Below, piece after piece: positions 48,032 to 58,631 of a stretch of 64,000 bases of DNA. A model generated the notes under the pieces. That model ran no database searches and was not told where the DNA came from. It saw only the letters and a list, made by a program, of their open reading frames with translations. Made by a program: the position numbers and the translations under genes. Where the stretch lies: contig JBBIPC010000008.1 of assembly GCA_037443035.1 (NCBI GenBank), positions 32,001-96,000 on the forward strand. Reading direction: 5' to 3'. This stretch comes from Chthonomonadales bacterium. Lineage in GTDB: Bacteria; Armatimonadota; Chthonomonadetes; Chthonomonadales; CAJBBX01. The first letter of the stretch is position 1. The number at the start of each line of letters is the position of its first letter.

Positions 48032-49428
48032 CCCGCCGGCGAGTTCACTACATCGGTATCAGCGGCATCGGCATGAGCGCGCTCGCGCAGATTGATCTGT
48101 TGCGCGGTCGGATTGTTTCTGGTTCCGACCTCATGCCAGGTGCGATGGCCGAGAAGTTGAGGGCCATGGGCGCTACCGTCTTCGTGGGCCACGACGCGAA
48201 CAATGTGCGCGCGACCAAACCCGACGTTGTGGTGTTCACCGACGCGGTTCGTGAAGACAACCCGGAGGTTCAGGAAGCGCGCCGTCGCAACGTGCCCGTC
48301 GTCCGCCGCGCAGAATACCTCGGCACGGTGATGGAAGGCTTCGCCGGGCCGCGGATCGCCGTGGCTGGCACCCATGGAAAGACGACGACGACTGCTATGC
48401 TGGCCGAAGTCCTTGTCAGTGCTGGCTTGGATCCAACGGTGCTCGTGGGCGGTGAATATGGCCCCTTTCAGGGGAACCTGCGGCTTGGTTCCGGTGAGGT
48501 GTTTGTCACCGAGGCTTGCGAGGCGTTCCGGTCGTTTCACGCCTTGCATCCCGACGTCGCCATCATCACAAACGTAGAAGCTGACCATCTCGACTGCTAC
48601 GGCACCATGGAAGGGGTCGTAGAAGGTTTCGTGACGTTCGTTCGAGGTGTCAGGCCGGAGGGCGTTGTTATCATCGGGGTGCTGAGCAGTACCGAAGATG
48701 CTGTGGCCGAGGCGGCTCGGGGCTGTGGGTTTCGGGTCGTGCGTTTCTCACTTGGCGAGGATGCTCGAGCCGATGTCTGGGCGGACGACGTTGCGTTGGA
48801 ACGAGGTGGAGCATCGTTCACGCTGCGCGGCCGTCACGTGCCCACGCCAGGGCTTCGGGCTATGCTGCACGTTCCTGGAGAGCACAACATTCGCAACGCG
48901 CTGGCGGCCTACGGCGCTGCTCTGGTCATGGGGCTGGACCTGGCGGCGGTTACGGGAGGGCTGGCACGTTTCCGGGGCGTCGGCAGAAGGTTCGAGATGC
49001 TCGGTGTGCGTAGCGGCGTGCAGGTCATTGATGACTACGCACACCATCCCACCGAGATACGGAGCACTCTGCACGCTACTCGTGCCTCCTATCCTGGTCG
49101 GCGTCTCGTCGTGGTTTTCCAGCCGCACCTTTTCAGCCGGACGCGCGACTTCCTGCGAGAATTCGCCGTGGTGCTGAGCGAGGCGGACCTGGTCATTCTG
49201 ACGGACATCTACCGCGCCCGGGAAGACCCGATAGATGGGGTGGAAATCACTTCGCTGGCTCAACAATGTGCTAGCGTGGCACCTGAATTGCAGCTTCTCG
49301 TCGAGCGCGATAAGGACCGCATTCCTGACATACTGGAGCGAATCACTCGACCCGGCGACATTGTGCTGACGGTAGGAGCCGGCGACATCCGACAGGTCGG
49401 CGAGGTCTACTTGGCGCGAGGAGCATGA
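48028..49428 (+). CDS. murC: UDP-MurNAc:L-Ala ligase
   Basis: HYIGISGIGMS, AGTHGKTTTT, DHLD, DDYAHHPTE, FQPHLFSRT; GTG start overlapping the murG stop. Confidence 0.95.
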   Translation: MTRRRVHYIGISGIGMSALAQIDLLRGRIVSGSDLMPGAMAEKLRAMGATVFVGHDANNVRATKPDVVVFTDAVREDNPEVQEARRRNVPVVRRAEYLGTVMEGFAGPRIAVAGTHGKTTTTAMLAEVLVSAGLDPTVLVGGEYGPFQGNLRLGSGEVFVTEACEAFRSFHALHPDVAIITNVEADHLDCYGTMEGVVEGFVTFVRGVRPEGVVIIGVLSSTEDAVAEAARGCGFRVVRFSLGEDARADVWADDVALERGGASFTLRGRHVPTPGLRAMLHVPGEHNIRNALAAYGAALVMGLDLAAVTGGLARFRGVGRRFEMLGVRSGVQVIDDYAHHPTEIRSTLHATRASYPGRRLVVVFQPHLFSRTRDFLREFAVVLSEADLVILTDIYRAREDPIDGVEITSLAQQCASVAPELQLLVERDKDRIPDILERITRPGDIVLTVGAGDIRQVGEVYLARGA

Positions 49429-50267
49429 GCATGAGGCGATCGGCGCGCAAGAGCGCATCGGCGGACCGGTCACGGCGTCCACCTCGTCGCTGGTGGACGG
49501 CACCGTGGCTTCACGGACGCAACATCGCGCGGACACTTGGCATCGGGGCGGTCGGCACGTGGGTGGTCGCCTTTGTAGCATCACCGGCCATGACCGTGCG
49601 AAGCATGAGCGTCCAGGTCTACGGCGCGGCGGAGCCACATGAGATCAGGGCCATCGTCCGTTCATCTGCCATACCACGACATACACGGCTGCTGCAGGTG
49701 CGCGCTGGGGATCTGGAGCGCCGCCTGGCGCAGTGGCCATGGGTCGCGGGTGCCCGTGTGCACCGCGATGTGTGGACACGCTCGATACGCCTATCCGTTA
49801 CGGTACGCGAACCAACAGTGGCACTCGAATGCAGTGGCCGACGTTGGGAGCTGGATGACGAAGGGCATGTGATCCGTCCTCTTCGACGCGGACAGAGGTT
49901 GACTGTGGTTCTTGCGGAAGTACCTGTCAAGATCGTCCAGGGACAGCAGATAAGCTCGGAAGAGATCCTGGGAGGTCTAGCAGCCGCGAGGCTGAGCCGG
50001 GCGGTACCGTGCCTGCGCGGGGCCAGAATCAACGTTGACCAAAGTGCTGCCATATGCTTTAATAGCATTGATGGCGTCGAAATCAGGGCTGGCGACGCAG
50101 GCAATCTGCCGACAAAGCTCGCTGTAGTTCAGCGCGTCTACGACCTCGCAGAGAGGGAGCATTGCCGCGTCCGAGACCGACTAGTCGCCATTGATGTTTC
50201 CGTACCGCGGCATCCAGGCGGACTACCCGTACCGCGAGAGGACCGTTTCGCGGCGCGCCGGATGTAG
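49425..50267 (+). CDS. ftsQ: FtsQ/DivIB-like cell division protein
   Basis: Basic N-terminus, one TM, POTRA-like PWVAGARVHR..VTVREP, C-terminal IDVSVP; position before ftsA. Confidence 0.7.
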   Translation: MSMRRSARKSASADRSRRPPRRWWTAPWLHGRNIARTLGIGAVGTWVVAFVASPAMTVRSMSVQVYGAAEPHEIRAIVRSSAIPRHTRLLQVRAGDLERRLAQWPWVAGARVHRDVWTRSIRLSVTVREPTVALECSGRRWELDDEGHVIRPLRRGQRLTVVLAEVPVKIVQGQQISSEEILGGLAAARLSRAVPCLRGARINVDQSAAICFNSIDGVEIRAGDAGNLPTKLAVVQRVYDLAEREHCRVRDRLVAIDVSVPRHPGGLPVPREDRFAARRM

Positions 50268-50304
50268 TCGATCGACGTGACAGCCAGCGGTCCGAGGATG
50301 CGGT

Positions 50305-51108
50305 GTGTCGTGGCAATGGGTGCCCAGAAAGGGTGCAGGGTTGTTCACATCATCGCACCGTCATCAGCCATGGCTCTGGCAGGTGACGGCGTTGTGCTTC
50401 ATACTCGGCCTCCTCGTGGCGGGATCGCTCCAGACAGTGAGTACGATCCGCCGCTCTGGCACGGCGCCAGGCCGCGTGGGCTTCGGAGGCGGGATCAGTC
50501 CAAGCATGACGGCAACTCTGCGCCAACGCGAGAAGGAGATCGCCGACCTGCGAGAGAAACAGACGGCACTGGAGAACGTACTCGCAGAGGGCAGCGGCAA
50601 GCTGCAGGCACTCAACGAAGAGCTTCAGAAAGTGAAGCTTCTGAGTGGTCTGACCGAGGTGGAGGGGCCGGGCATCTTCATGATGCTGCAAGACTCCAAA
50701 CGCCGGTCCAACAGAGCCTTCGAGTCCGAGCGCCTCATTGTCCACGACTACGACCTCCAGATGCTAGTGAATGAGTTGACCGCCAGTGGGGCCGAAGCCA
50801 TTTCGATCAACGGTCAGCGGGTCATCTCGCGGACAGCCATCCGGTGCGTTGGTCCGGCGATCATGGTGAACAGCGTGCCCGTAGTGCCCCCCTTCGAAAT
50901 ACTGGCCATCGGCGATCCTGGTACCCTGGCAGGTGGACTGAACCTACCAGGAGGGTATCTGGACGATCTGCGAGCCACCGATCCTGCCATGTTTCGCCTG
51001 GAGAGGCGCGAGCGGGTGCGCGTGCCGGCATACACAGGCAGCACGGAGGTACGATGGGCGAAGCCAGTTGTTGACAGCTCGAGAGGAAAGGAAGCGAGCA
51101 AGAAGTGA
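50305..51108 (+). CDS. DUF881 family protein
   Basis: GLTEVEGPGI, VHDYDL..VNEL..GAEAISINGQR, PPFEILAIGDP. Confidence 0.88.
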   Translation: MSWQWVPRKGAGLFTSSHRHQPWLWQVTALCFILGLLVAGSLQTVSTIRRSGTAPGRVGFGGGISPSMTATLRQREKEIADLREKQTALENVLAEGSGKLQALNEELQKVKLLSGLTEVEGPGIFMMLQDSKRRSNRAFESERLIVHDYDLQMLVNELTASGAEAISINGQRVISRTAIRCVGPAIMVNSVPVVPPFEILAIGDPGTLAGGLNLPGGYLDDLRATDPAMFRLERRERVRVPAYTGSTEVRWAKPVVDSSRGKEASKK

Positions 51109-51491
51109 CCTGGCTCTTGCCTATCGGTGCCATGTTCCTGGGCATCCTGGTCGGGTGGATCGGTTTCAGCCGCGTGAGCATTCCCGGCGAACTCGCCGGC
51201 ATCTACGCCCCCTATCTGTCGCTAGCGACGCTTGCGGGACTCGACACCTTGCTGGGAGGCATTCGCGCTGGGATCGAGGGACGGTTCCAGGACGATATTT
51301 TCGTGAGCGGCTTTGTTCTGAACACGCTGCTGGCAGCCGGGCTGGCGTATCTTGGCGATCGGATTGGGGTAGACCTATTTCTTGCCGCGGTCGTCGCGCT
51401 GGGCAGTCGCGTATTCCTCAACCTCTCCCTCATTCGGCGGTACTACCTAACGAACCTCACGCTGGCGCGCCGGAAGGAGGGTTCATCGTGA
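51105..51491 (+). CDS. small basic protein (DUF1290/Sbp family)
   Basis: YLSLATLAGLDTLLGGIRA, FVSGF..N.LLA, LGDRIGVDL. Confidence 0.88.
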   Translation: MTWLLPIGAMFLGILVGWIGFSRVSIPGELAGIYAPYLSLATLAGLDTLLGGIRAGIEGRFQDDIFVSGFVLNTLLAAGLAYLGDRIGVDLFLAAVVALGSRVFLNLSLIRRYYLTNLTLARRKEGSS

Positions 51492-51534
51492 CGCGGCTGT
51501 GTGGTGGAGCCAGGGAGCGTGATGGGAGGCAACG

Positions 51535-52788
51535 GTGCTGGACGGCTCTCTCATAGGCGGACTCGACGTCGGCAACACGAAGGTGTGTTGCGTGTTGGCC
51601 AAGTACGAGGGAACAGGTTCACCTGCGATCATCGGTGTCGGAACGAGCCGCTCCGACGGCATTCGTCGCGGAGTTGTGACCGATATCTCCAGTGCAGCGC
51701 AGGCGATCCGAACGGCCGTGGACGCCGCCTCTCGGCAGGCAGGTGAACCCATCAGCTCCGTGTACATTAGCCTGTCCGGAGATCACGTCCAGAGTGCCAT
51801 TACGCGAGGGGTTGCGGCGGTCCTCCACCCCAACCAGGAGATCACTCCCGAAGACCGCGACCGCGCCATCGAGCAGTCCCGGGGCATCATCGTCCCGCCA
51901 GAGAGGATGATCATCCATTCCATCCCGCGCATGTACTCCATCGATGGCCAAGATGGCATCCGTCAACCGGTCGGGATGTGCGGCTCGAGGCTGGAGGTCG
52001 AGACGTTCATCGCCATGGTGACTCGCTCGTCACTGCTGAACATGGAGCGCTGTATCACGCAGGCTGGGCTGGACCTCGACGGCAAGACTCTGGCATCCCT
52101 CGCGTCCGGGGCAGCGGTCCTGACCCCTGACGAGCGGCAGCAAGGAGTGGTGGTCATTGACATCGGCAGCGGTACGACCGATGTGGCGGTCTTCACTGAG
52201 GGGGAGATATGCCACGCCTACGTCAAAGCCGTCGGCAGTGAGCATGTAACCAATGATATCGCCCAGGTGCTGCGGGTAACCGTTGACGAGGCCGAACGGC
52301 TCAAGATCGAGCACGGACATGCAGTGGCTTCGGAGATAGGCGACACGGAGGCTGTGGACGTGCTCCAGATCGGACGGACCGTACCGCGACCGCTCCGCCG
52401 CCGGGCGCTCTGCGAGATTATCGAAGCCCGAATACAGGAGCTTTTCATGTTCGTGGCGAACGAACTGCAGAGGGCGAATCTTCTGGCGCGGTGTACCGCA
52501 GGGGTCGTACTGACGGGCGGTGGATCTCAGCTCTCCGGGATCGATCATTGCGCGTGTCGCGTTCTGGGTTTGCCTGCAAGGATCGCTGGCCCCGTGGGGA
52601 TTGGAAGGCTGGCACCAACGGGCTTACAGACAACTGCACTGGCGGATCGCGATAGCCCCGAGTACGCCACGGCAGTCGGTATCGTCCGATGGGCAGCAGC
52701 GAGCCTCTTGCAGGACGATGATCAGGATGCGACGGACCCGTGGTCGCGCATCGTAAGCTGGGTTCAACGGTTAGTGGGACGGCGATAG
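51535..52788 (+). CDS. ftsA: cell division protein FtsA
   Basis: GLDVGNTKV, DIGSGTTD, VTNDIA, AERLKIEHG, VLTGGGS. Confidence 0.95.
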   Translation: MLDGSLIGGLDVGNTKVCCVLAKYEGTGSPAIIGVGTSRSDGIRRGVVTDISSAAQAIRTAVDAASRQAGEPISSVYISLSGDHVQSAITRGVAAVLHPNQEITPEDRDRAIEQSRGIIVPPERMIIHSIPRMYSIDGQDGIRQPVGMCGSRLEVETFIAMVTRSSLLNMERCITQAGLDLDGKTLASLASGAAVLTPDERQQGVVVIDIGSGTTDVAVFTEGEICHAYVKAVGSEHVTNDIAQVLRVTVDEAERLKIEHGHAVASEIGDTEAVDVLQIGRTVPRPLRRRALCEIIEARIQELFMFVANELQRANLLARCTAGVVLTGGGSQLSGIDHCACRVLGLPARIAGPVGIGRLAPTGLQTTALADRDSPEYATAVGIVRWAAASLLQDDDQDATDPWSRIVSWVQRLVGRR

Positions 52789-52843
52789 TTCGAAGGTCCA
52801 GTGGGCATGGCCGCTGGCAGCGCTCACGACTGGAGAAGCGTAC

Positions 52844-54103
52844 ATGGCAACAAGCGAACACATGGACATCAGGGATGCACACGATCGTAAGCAATGCGTC
52901 CGGCTAGTTGTCGTCGGCATTGGCGGCGCAGGAGTCAACGCCGTGAATCGCATGAGTCAGGCCGGCTTGAGTGGTGTGACGCTGGTTGCCATGAACACGG
53001 ATACTGGTTCGCTGCAGCAGTCGGCTGCGCATCACCGCCTTGTCCTGGGGACTGATATGACCCGGGGACGGGGTACAGGCGGCAATGCCCAACTGGGGGA
53101 AGACGCAACGCAGGCGTCGAGGACGGAGATCCGGCAGCTTCTCAAAGGTGCGGACATGGTCTTCATAGCCGCAGGCATGGGTGGGGGCACGGGTACCGGA
53201 GGCGCGCCCGTTGTGGCCGAGATTGCTGTGGAGCTCGGGATTCTGACAGTGGCTGTTGTCAGCCGGCCATTCAGCTTCGAGGGGCCGCGAAGGGCACACG
53301 TCGCCAGCAAAGGCATCGAGGCCCTCAAGAGCCAGGCGGACACTGTCATCGTGGTTCCTAACGACCGGCTGTTCGAGCTAGACGCGACGAAGCTCACGCT
53401 GGCGCATGCGTTCGAGAAAGCCGACGATGTTCTCCGCCACGGCGTCCAGGGCATTGCAGACATCATCACGCTGCCCGGTCAGATCAATGTAGACTTCGCG
53501 GACGTGCGCGCCACCCTGAAAAGCGCGGGTACCGCCATGATGGGTATCGGCGAAGCTGAGGGCGATGGCCGGGGTATCCATGCCGCGGAACAGGCCGTCT
53601 CGAGCCCGCTGCTGGAGACCTCGATTTCCGGTGCGATGCGGGCGCTCATTAACGTCACTTCTGGGCCTGATCTCACCCTGGTGGAGCTGAATGAGTCGGT
53701 GAGTCTTGTAACAGGCAAGTGCGATCCAAGAGAAGCGAAGATCACTTTCGGATGGGTGCTCGACCCAAGCATGGAGGGCAAGGTTCGCGTCACAGTGCTG
53801 GCTACTGGCTTCGATGATGCCGCATCTTCGCGGCCGCGTCTGCTACAGTTCGAAGCACAACGGTCCACGCCGAGGGGCGCCGCGCAGCAGCCGACACAGC
53901 TAGGCGGCCAACCGAGGATGCCTGCGCCGAGTCTCGGAGAACTGCCCATCCCCGAGGTGCAGCGAGAACCGGAGGCCGACTCTCGCCCGATCCCAGTAAG
54001 CGTGCAGACGTTGCTGGCAAGCCAGACAGAAGGACCGCTGGACGCCACCGACGAATCGGAAGATGAGGACCTGGATCGCCCAGCGTTCTGGCGTCGTAGG
54101 TAG
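52844..54103 (+). CDS. ftsZ: cell division protein FtsZ (copy 1, more divergent)
   Basis: [37 protein letters not shown], tail DLDRPAFWRRR. Confidence 0.92.
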   Translation: MATSEHMDIRDAHDRKQCVRLVVVGIGGAGVNAVNRMSQAGLSGVTLVAMNTDTGSLQQSAAHHRLVLGTDMTRGRGTGGNAQLGEDATQASRTEIRQLLKGADMVFIAAGMGGGTGTGGAPVVAEIAVELGILTVAVVSRPFSFEGPRRAHVASKGIEALKSQADTVIVVPNDRLFELDATKLTLAHAFEKADDVLRHGVQGIADIITLPGQINVDFADVRATLKSAGTAMMGIGEAEGDGRGIHAAEQAVSSPLLETSISGAMRALINVTSGPDLTLVELNESVSLVTGKCDPREAKITFGWVLDPSMEGKVRVTVLATGFDDAASSRPRLLQFEAQRSTPRGAAQQPTQLGGQPRMPAPSLGELPIPEVQREPEADSRPIPVSVQTLLASQTEGPLDATDESEDEDLDRPAFWRRR

Positions 54104-54143
54104 AAACCACAGACAGCAACTCAGATAGGAGTCGACGATAATC

Positions 54144-55307
54144 ATGACCATGTCTCCGCAATGGAGTCCGGAGCTTCGTAGCATTGGCGCGGACATTCGG
54201 GTGATAGGCGTCGGGGGCGGTGGCACGAACGCCGTCAACCGCATGATCGAGGCTGGGCTGGGCGGCGTTACGTTCATCGCGATGAACACAGATGTCCAGG
54301 TCCTGGACATATCGCTTGCTCCGAAGAAACTCCAGCTCGGCGGCGGTCTGACGCGCGGCCTGGGAGCAGGGGGAAGCCCTGAGATCGGCCGCAGCGCTGC
54401 GGAGGAGAGCAAGAGCGAGATCAAGGCTGCGCTCGAGAACGCGGACATGGTCTTCATCACAGCCGGCATGGGAGGTGGAACGGGTACCGGCGCTGCGCCC
54501 GTCATTGCCGAGATCGCGCAGATGCTGGGCGCCCTGACGGTCGCCGTGGTTACGAAGCCGTTCACGTTCGAGGGGCCGCGCCGCATGCGGACGGCGGAAG
54601 AAGGGATCGAGACTCTCAAAGGTAAGGTGGATACGGTCATCGTCGTGCCGAATGATAGGCTGCTGAGTGTCGGGCAGAGGGAGATAACGCTAGTAGATGC
54701 TTTCCGCCTCGCGGACGATGTTCTGCGCCAGGGAGTCCAGGGCATCAGCGACATCGTGACCATTCCTGGTCTCATCAACGTTGACTTTGCAGACGTCCGT
54801 GCCACGATGAGCGATGCCGGTCCTGCACTGATGGGTATCGGCGTTGGGTCGGGCGACAACCGCGCCCAGGCTGCAGCCAGCGAGGCGATCGCTAGCCCAC
54901 TCCTGGAGACGTCCATAGACGGTGCTACCCGGGTCCTGATCAACCTTACTTCTGGACCGGATCTCACGCTCGCCGAGGCTAACGAAGCCGCTCAACTCAT
55001 TACCAGCATGTGCGACCTGCGCGATGCGAACATCATCGTTGGCTGGGTGCTGGATGAGAACATGACAGGAAAGCTGCGTGTGACGGTGCTCGCTGCCGGC
55101 TTCACCGGCGCGCCGGTCCACCGAACAGATCGGGTGCAGCAGCCTCCGGCAATAGGGTTCGCGCGACCGACGGAGACACCGGCGATTCTCCGTGCTAGCG
55201 GAACCGAGCATCCTCGGCACGAACCTCAGCAGCGACCGGCGCAACCATCCCTGCCTGAGAGCGATGAGGATACCGATACGCCACCGTTCCTTCGCCCTCG
55301 TCGCTGA
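54144..55307 (+). CDS. ftsZ: cell division protein FtsZ (copy 2)
   Basis: [39 protein letters not shown], tail [10 protein letters not shown]. Confidence 0.95.
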   Translation: MTMSPQWSPELRSIGADIRVIGVGGGGTNAVNRMIEAGLGGVTFIAMNTDVQVLDISLAPKKLQLGGGLTRGLGAGGSPEIGRSAAEESKSEIKAALENADMVFITAGMGGGTGTGAAPVIAEIAQMLGALTVAVVTKPFTFEGPRRMRTAEEGIETLKGKVDTVIVVPNDRLLSVGQREITLVDAFRLADDVLRQGVQGISDIVTIPGLINVDFADVRATMSDAGPALMGIGVGSGDNRAQAAASEAIASPLLETSIDGATRVLINLTSGPDLTLAEANEAAQLITSMCDLRDANIIVGWVLDENMTGKLRVTVLAAGFTGAPVHRTDRVQQPPAIGFARPTETPAILRASGTEHPRHEPQQRPAQPSLPESDEDTDTPPFLRPRR

Positions 55308-55343
55308 GCAGAAGTTTGGGGTACCGAAGCGATAGACTAGGGG

Positions 55344-56483
55344 CTACGACGACCGCGACATGACCTGACGCGCCGCCACCTCACGGTACACCCGGCGGGT
55401 CTGCTGCCCGGTTGTAGCCCACGAGAAACCACGGGCCCGCTGGAGACCAGCCTCGGAAAGCGCTGCGCGCTTCTCCGGTGATCTGCCAACCTCCGTCATC
55501 GCCTCGGCCCACGCGACAGCGTCCATGACTGGCAGCACCATAGCGCCATCACCTGCCACCTCGGGCATGGCCGGCGCATCGCTGACGAGGGTCGGCGCTC
55601 CGCAAGCCATGGCTTCGAGTGGCGGCAGGCCGAAGCCTTCGTAGAGCGAAGGAAAGGCCATCATGTCCGCAGCTGAGTAGAGCGGCGGCAGGTCCTCGTC
55701 GTCTACGTAGTCGGTGATGAGGATGCGGTCTGCCAGTCGGAGCCGCGCGATCTGGACGGCAATGTCATCGTAGCCCCAACCGCGCTTGCCGACCAATACC
55801 AGACGGTGGGGTATGCGAGCGGAATACACCGCTCGGGCGAATGCCTCGATGAGCATGGGCAGGTTCTTCCTGGGTTGCAGCACGCCTACGGACAGAATGA
55901 ACTGCGTATTCACACCGAAACGGCTGGCCACGTGTCGCCGTGCGATGTCAGGCTCGATTGGCTCGAACTCCTCCGAAACTGCCTGCGGAATCGCCTCCAC
56001 ATGGCTCGGATCGAGACGGTAGACGCGCAGGATGTCCCGCCGAGACGACATGCTCACCGTAATGACCCTGGCGGCGCGGCGCATCGCCACCGGCACGGTG
56101 AGATTCAGCAATAGCCGATGCCGGCGTGGGAACCACTCCGGATACAGGCGGAAGGAGATGTCGTGGACCGTCGTGACGACCGGGCAGGGTGCTCGAAGTG
56201 GAATGGTGTACTGGGTGTGGGCTACATCTACGCCGTCCTGACGCAGTACCTGGGGAAACGTGAGCAGCGTCCAGACACGGTCGTTACTCGCCGGGACGGC
56301 CCGCAACCTCAGCCGTTTCGATTGGCCGAACACGTTGTCCGGTAAAGGCAGGCGGGTATAGACAATGTACTCATCGTCGTATTCGGAGGCGCTGCGTACG
56401 TGATCCCGAAGCAGGTTCAGCCAGTACGTACGGTCGCCTGTGTACCTGCCCGTCAGTGCCCGGCCGTCTATACCAATCCTCAT
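55344..56483 (-). CDS. glycosyltransferase family 4
   Basis: MRIGIDGR, TVHDI, PRKN, FPSLYEGFGLPPLEAMACG. Confidence 0.92.
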   Translation of the reverse strand: MRIGIDGRALTGRYTGDRTYWLNLLRDHVRSASEYDDEYIVYTRLPLPDNVFGQSKRLRLRAVPASNDRVWTLLTFPQVLRQDGVDVAHTQYTIPLRAPCPVVTTVHDISFRLYPEWFPRRHRLLLNLTVPVAMRRAARVITVSMSSRRDILRVYRLDPSHVEAIPQAVSEEFEPIEPDIARRHVASRFGVNTQFILSVGVLQPRKNLPMLIEAFARAVYSARIPHRLVLVGKRGWGYDDIAVQIARLRLADRILITDYVDDEDLPPLYSAADMMAFPSLYEGFGLPPLEAMACGAPTLVSDAPAMPEVAGDGAMVLPVMDAVAWAEAMTEVGRSPEKRAALSEAGLQRARGFSWATTGQQTRRVYREVAARQVMSRSS

Positions 56484-57622
56484 CGTGCGTCTCTTTCCGC
56501 GACGTGCTCGTAGATACGTAGGGTGTCTTCTGCCATCCGCGCGAAGGTGAACTGACCGGCGTAGCGGAGGGCGCCCTCGGTCAAACGTGTGAGTGCCCTG
56601 GCATCGCGCTGGAGTTGGCCAACTGCGGCCGCGAGATCGGTTGCATCACCGGGTGGGACCAGCGAAACAGAGCCTGGACAGCGCCGTTGGATTTCGATGT
56701 TGGACGCGATCGCTGAGGCGACCACCGGCTTGCCGCAGGCGAATGCCATCGCCAGCGAGGCGGAGCCGCTCCCGCTTGTGAATGGCGCCAGTACCAGGTC
56801 TGTCGCTGCCATGACAGTTGCCACATCCTCCGGCTCAAGATACCCTGTAATGCGAACGCGGTCCGTCAAGTGTGCTTCCGCGAGCTTTGATTGCAGTTCC
56901 TCGGCGTATCCGGTCCGATCGTCCGGATGCCGCCCACCAGCGAGAAAAAGCCGGACATTGGACGGCAGATGCTGCATAGCTTCGATGGCGAGGAGGTGAC
57001 CCTTGCGTCGAGCGAGGAACCCAAAGATGGTGAGCACGAAGCAGTCCTCGACGCCGAGTCGCTTGCGGGCTTCCGAGCGACTGGGAAGCGGTGGACGCGG
57101 CGGTACCGGCATGGGCAGGATGTGGATGCGGTCACGGTGGACGCCAGACGAGATCAGGTTCTCCCGGTCATTCTCTGTGTGCACAATGAATGCTCGTATC
57201 GCTGGGTGACCGAACTGCGCACGATTCGTGGATGCAATGGCCATCCGGCGCGGCAATGGCCCTGCTGGAGGCACGAACTCGTGAACGGTCATGACTGCGG
57301 GCGCGGCTATCTGGTCGGCGAGACGGCTGAAATTGTTCTTCCATGGCGCCACGCCCCCGAACAGGAAGTATTGATGCTGTATGTGGATAACGTCGGCTTC
57401 GTTCATTATCGGAGCGAAGCCGTCCGGTGGGGCGACCCATGCCACCTCGACACGGTGTCTCAGGGCATCCACGAGAAGGCGGCTGTAGTCGGCCACGCCG
57501 CACTGAGGCCGCAAGGATGTGACCATGGCCAGGCGCAGCCGACGTGCACGCCTGGGCTCTTCGCCTACCACGATCTCGCCCGTCACTTCCTCCACTCTAG
57601 ACTCCCGCACGCTCTCTGTCAA
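56480..57622 (-). CDS. glycosyltransferase (GT4-like)
   Basis: CGVADYS, TVHE, FGFLARRKG, SASLAMAFACGKPVVAS. Confidence 0.85.
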   Translation of the reverse strand: MTESVRESRVEEVTGEIVVGEEPRRARRLRLAMVTSLRPQCGVADYSRLLVDALRHRVEVAWVAPPDGFAPIMNEADVIHIQHQYFLFGGVAPWKNNFSRLADQIAAPAVMTVHEFVPPAGPLPRRMAIASTNRAQFGHPAIRAFIVHTENDRENLISSGVHRDRIHILPMPVPPRPPLPSRSEARKRLGVEDCFVLTIFGFLARRKGHLLAIEAMQHLPSNVRLFLAGGRHPDDRTGYAEELQSKLAEAHLTDRVRITGYLEPEDVATVMAATDLVLAPFTSGSGSASLAMAFACGKPVVASAIASNIEIQRRCPGSVSLVPPGDATDLAAAVGQLQRDARALTRLTEGALRYAGQFTFARMAEDTLRIYEHVAERDAR

Positions 57623-57653
57623 AGTGCTCCTGGTGCTCGATTGCTGGCCATGT

Positions 57654-58631
57654 CTAAGCCGCCTGCTGCAGCGTTTCCCGGTAGAATCGGCACAACCGCC
57701 GACCGAAGGCTGAGAAGCTGTGTCTCTCAGCGTAGTTTCTTCCCCGCTCAGCCATCTCGGTCATTCCGAGCGAGTTACCCAGCACTGCTCTGATGCACGA
57801 TGCGACGTGGCCCGGCGCCTGCGGCCGTACTAAGCGTATGCCAGCGCCGCGTAGCATGGCGTCGCGGTACAGCGGACGATCGAGGGCTAGAAGCGGTTTG
57901 CCGAAGGCCAAAGGGCGCAGGCCATGAAATGCGCCGGCGTACCGCTCTGCGCAGCTTACGACGATCGTCGCTCGGCAGATGTGCTCATCGAGCACTGCAG
58001 AATCGTCCGCTATGCGAACAAGAACGCGTTCGCCGGCACCAATGGCCTTAGCAGCCGAAGTGCACCAGGAAATTGCAGTTGCGCCGCTGGGCTCCACGAG
58101 TACGTCCATGCGAGTGTCCCAAGGGAGCTCGGGAAGAGCGTAGATCGCCTGCTCGGCGACTTTCTGGTCCGCGTCGGCTGTGAGTAGCAGAAGTATGCGC
58201 GGTGGTCCCGCCTCCGAGACAGAACCGGTCATCACATGAGCGGGAACCATGCAGGGGATGATGCATATCGAGGCGGCGGGTACATCGCAACGTTGGAGGA
58301 GATCGCTTGCTGGCTCGGTGAGTACCACGTACGCACGGACTGGGAGCTGTGCCACGGATGCGTCTTGCGCCGCGTCGTCGCAGTAGAGGAATGTTCCGAC
58401 TGTGGGTACCGAAGGCTGACCGCCGCGCCACAAGTCGGCACGCTCAGTGAGACTGGTGAAGCGGTCGCCGACCAGGTGCACCATGGCGATGTCCGGGGGC
58501 ACGGCAGCGGGGTGTTCGAGGAGTACGGCGTGGCACTCCGTGCTGCTGGCGCGGAGTACTTCGACGATCGCCTGGGCAAACAGCATCGCTTGAGATCCCG
58601 CATCGCCGCATGCCACGACGCCGATGATCAT
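57654..58631 (-). CDS. divergent GT-B fold glycosyltransferase-like protein
   Basis: C-terminal LAFGKPLLALD and GRNYAERHSF resemble GT4 C-lobes; clustered with two GT4 genes. Confidence 0.55.
   Translation of the reverse strand: MIIGVVACGDAGSQAMLFAQAIVEVLRASSTECHAVLLEHPAAVPPDIAMVHLVGDRFTSLTERADLWRGGQPSVPTVGTFLYCDDAAQDASVAQLPVRAYVVLTEPASDLLQRCDVPAASICIIPCMVPAHVMTGSVSEAGPPRILLLLTADADQKVAEQAIYALPELPWDTRMDVLVEPSGATAISWCTSAAKAIGAGERVLVRIADDSAVLDEHICRATIVVSCAERYAGAFHGLRPLAFGKPLLALDRPLYRDAMLRGAGIRLVRPQAPGHVASCIRAVLGNSLGMTEMAERGRNYAERHSFSAFGRRLCRFYRETLQQAA

Noticed and set aside
53900..54967. 355-aa minus-strand ORF and similar long antisense ORFs (745..1695, 14547..15377, 28852..29709, 56891..57793)
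   Set aside because: Shadow ORFs opposite well-supported genes, expected in GC-rich DNA.
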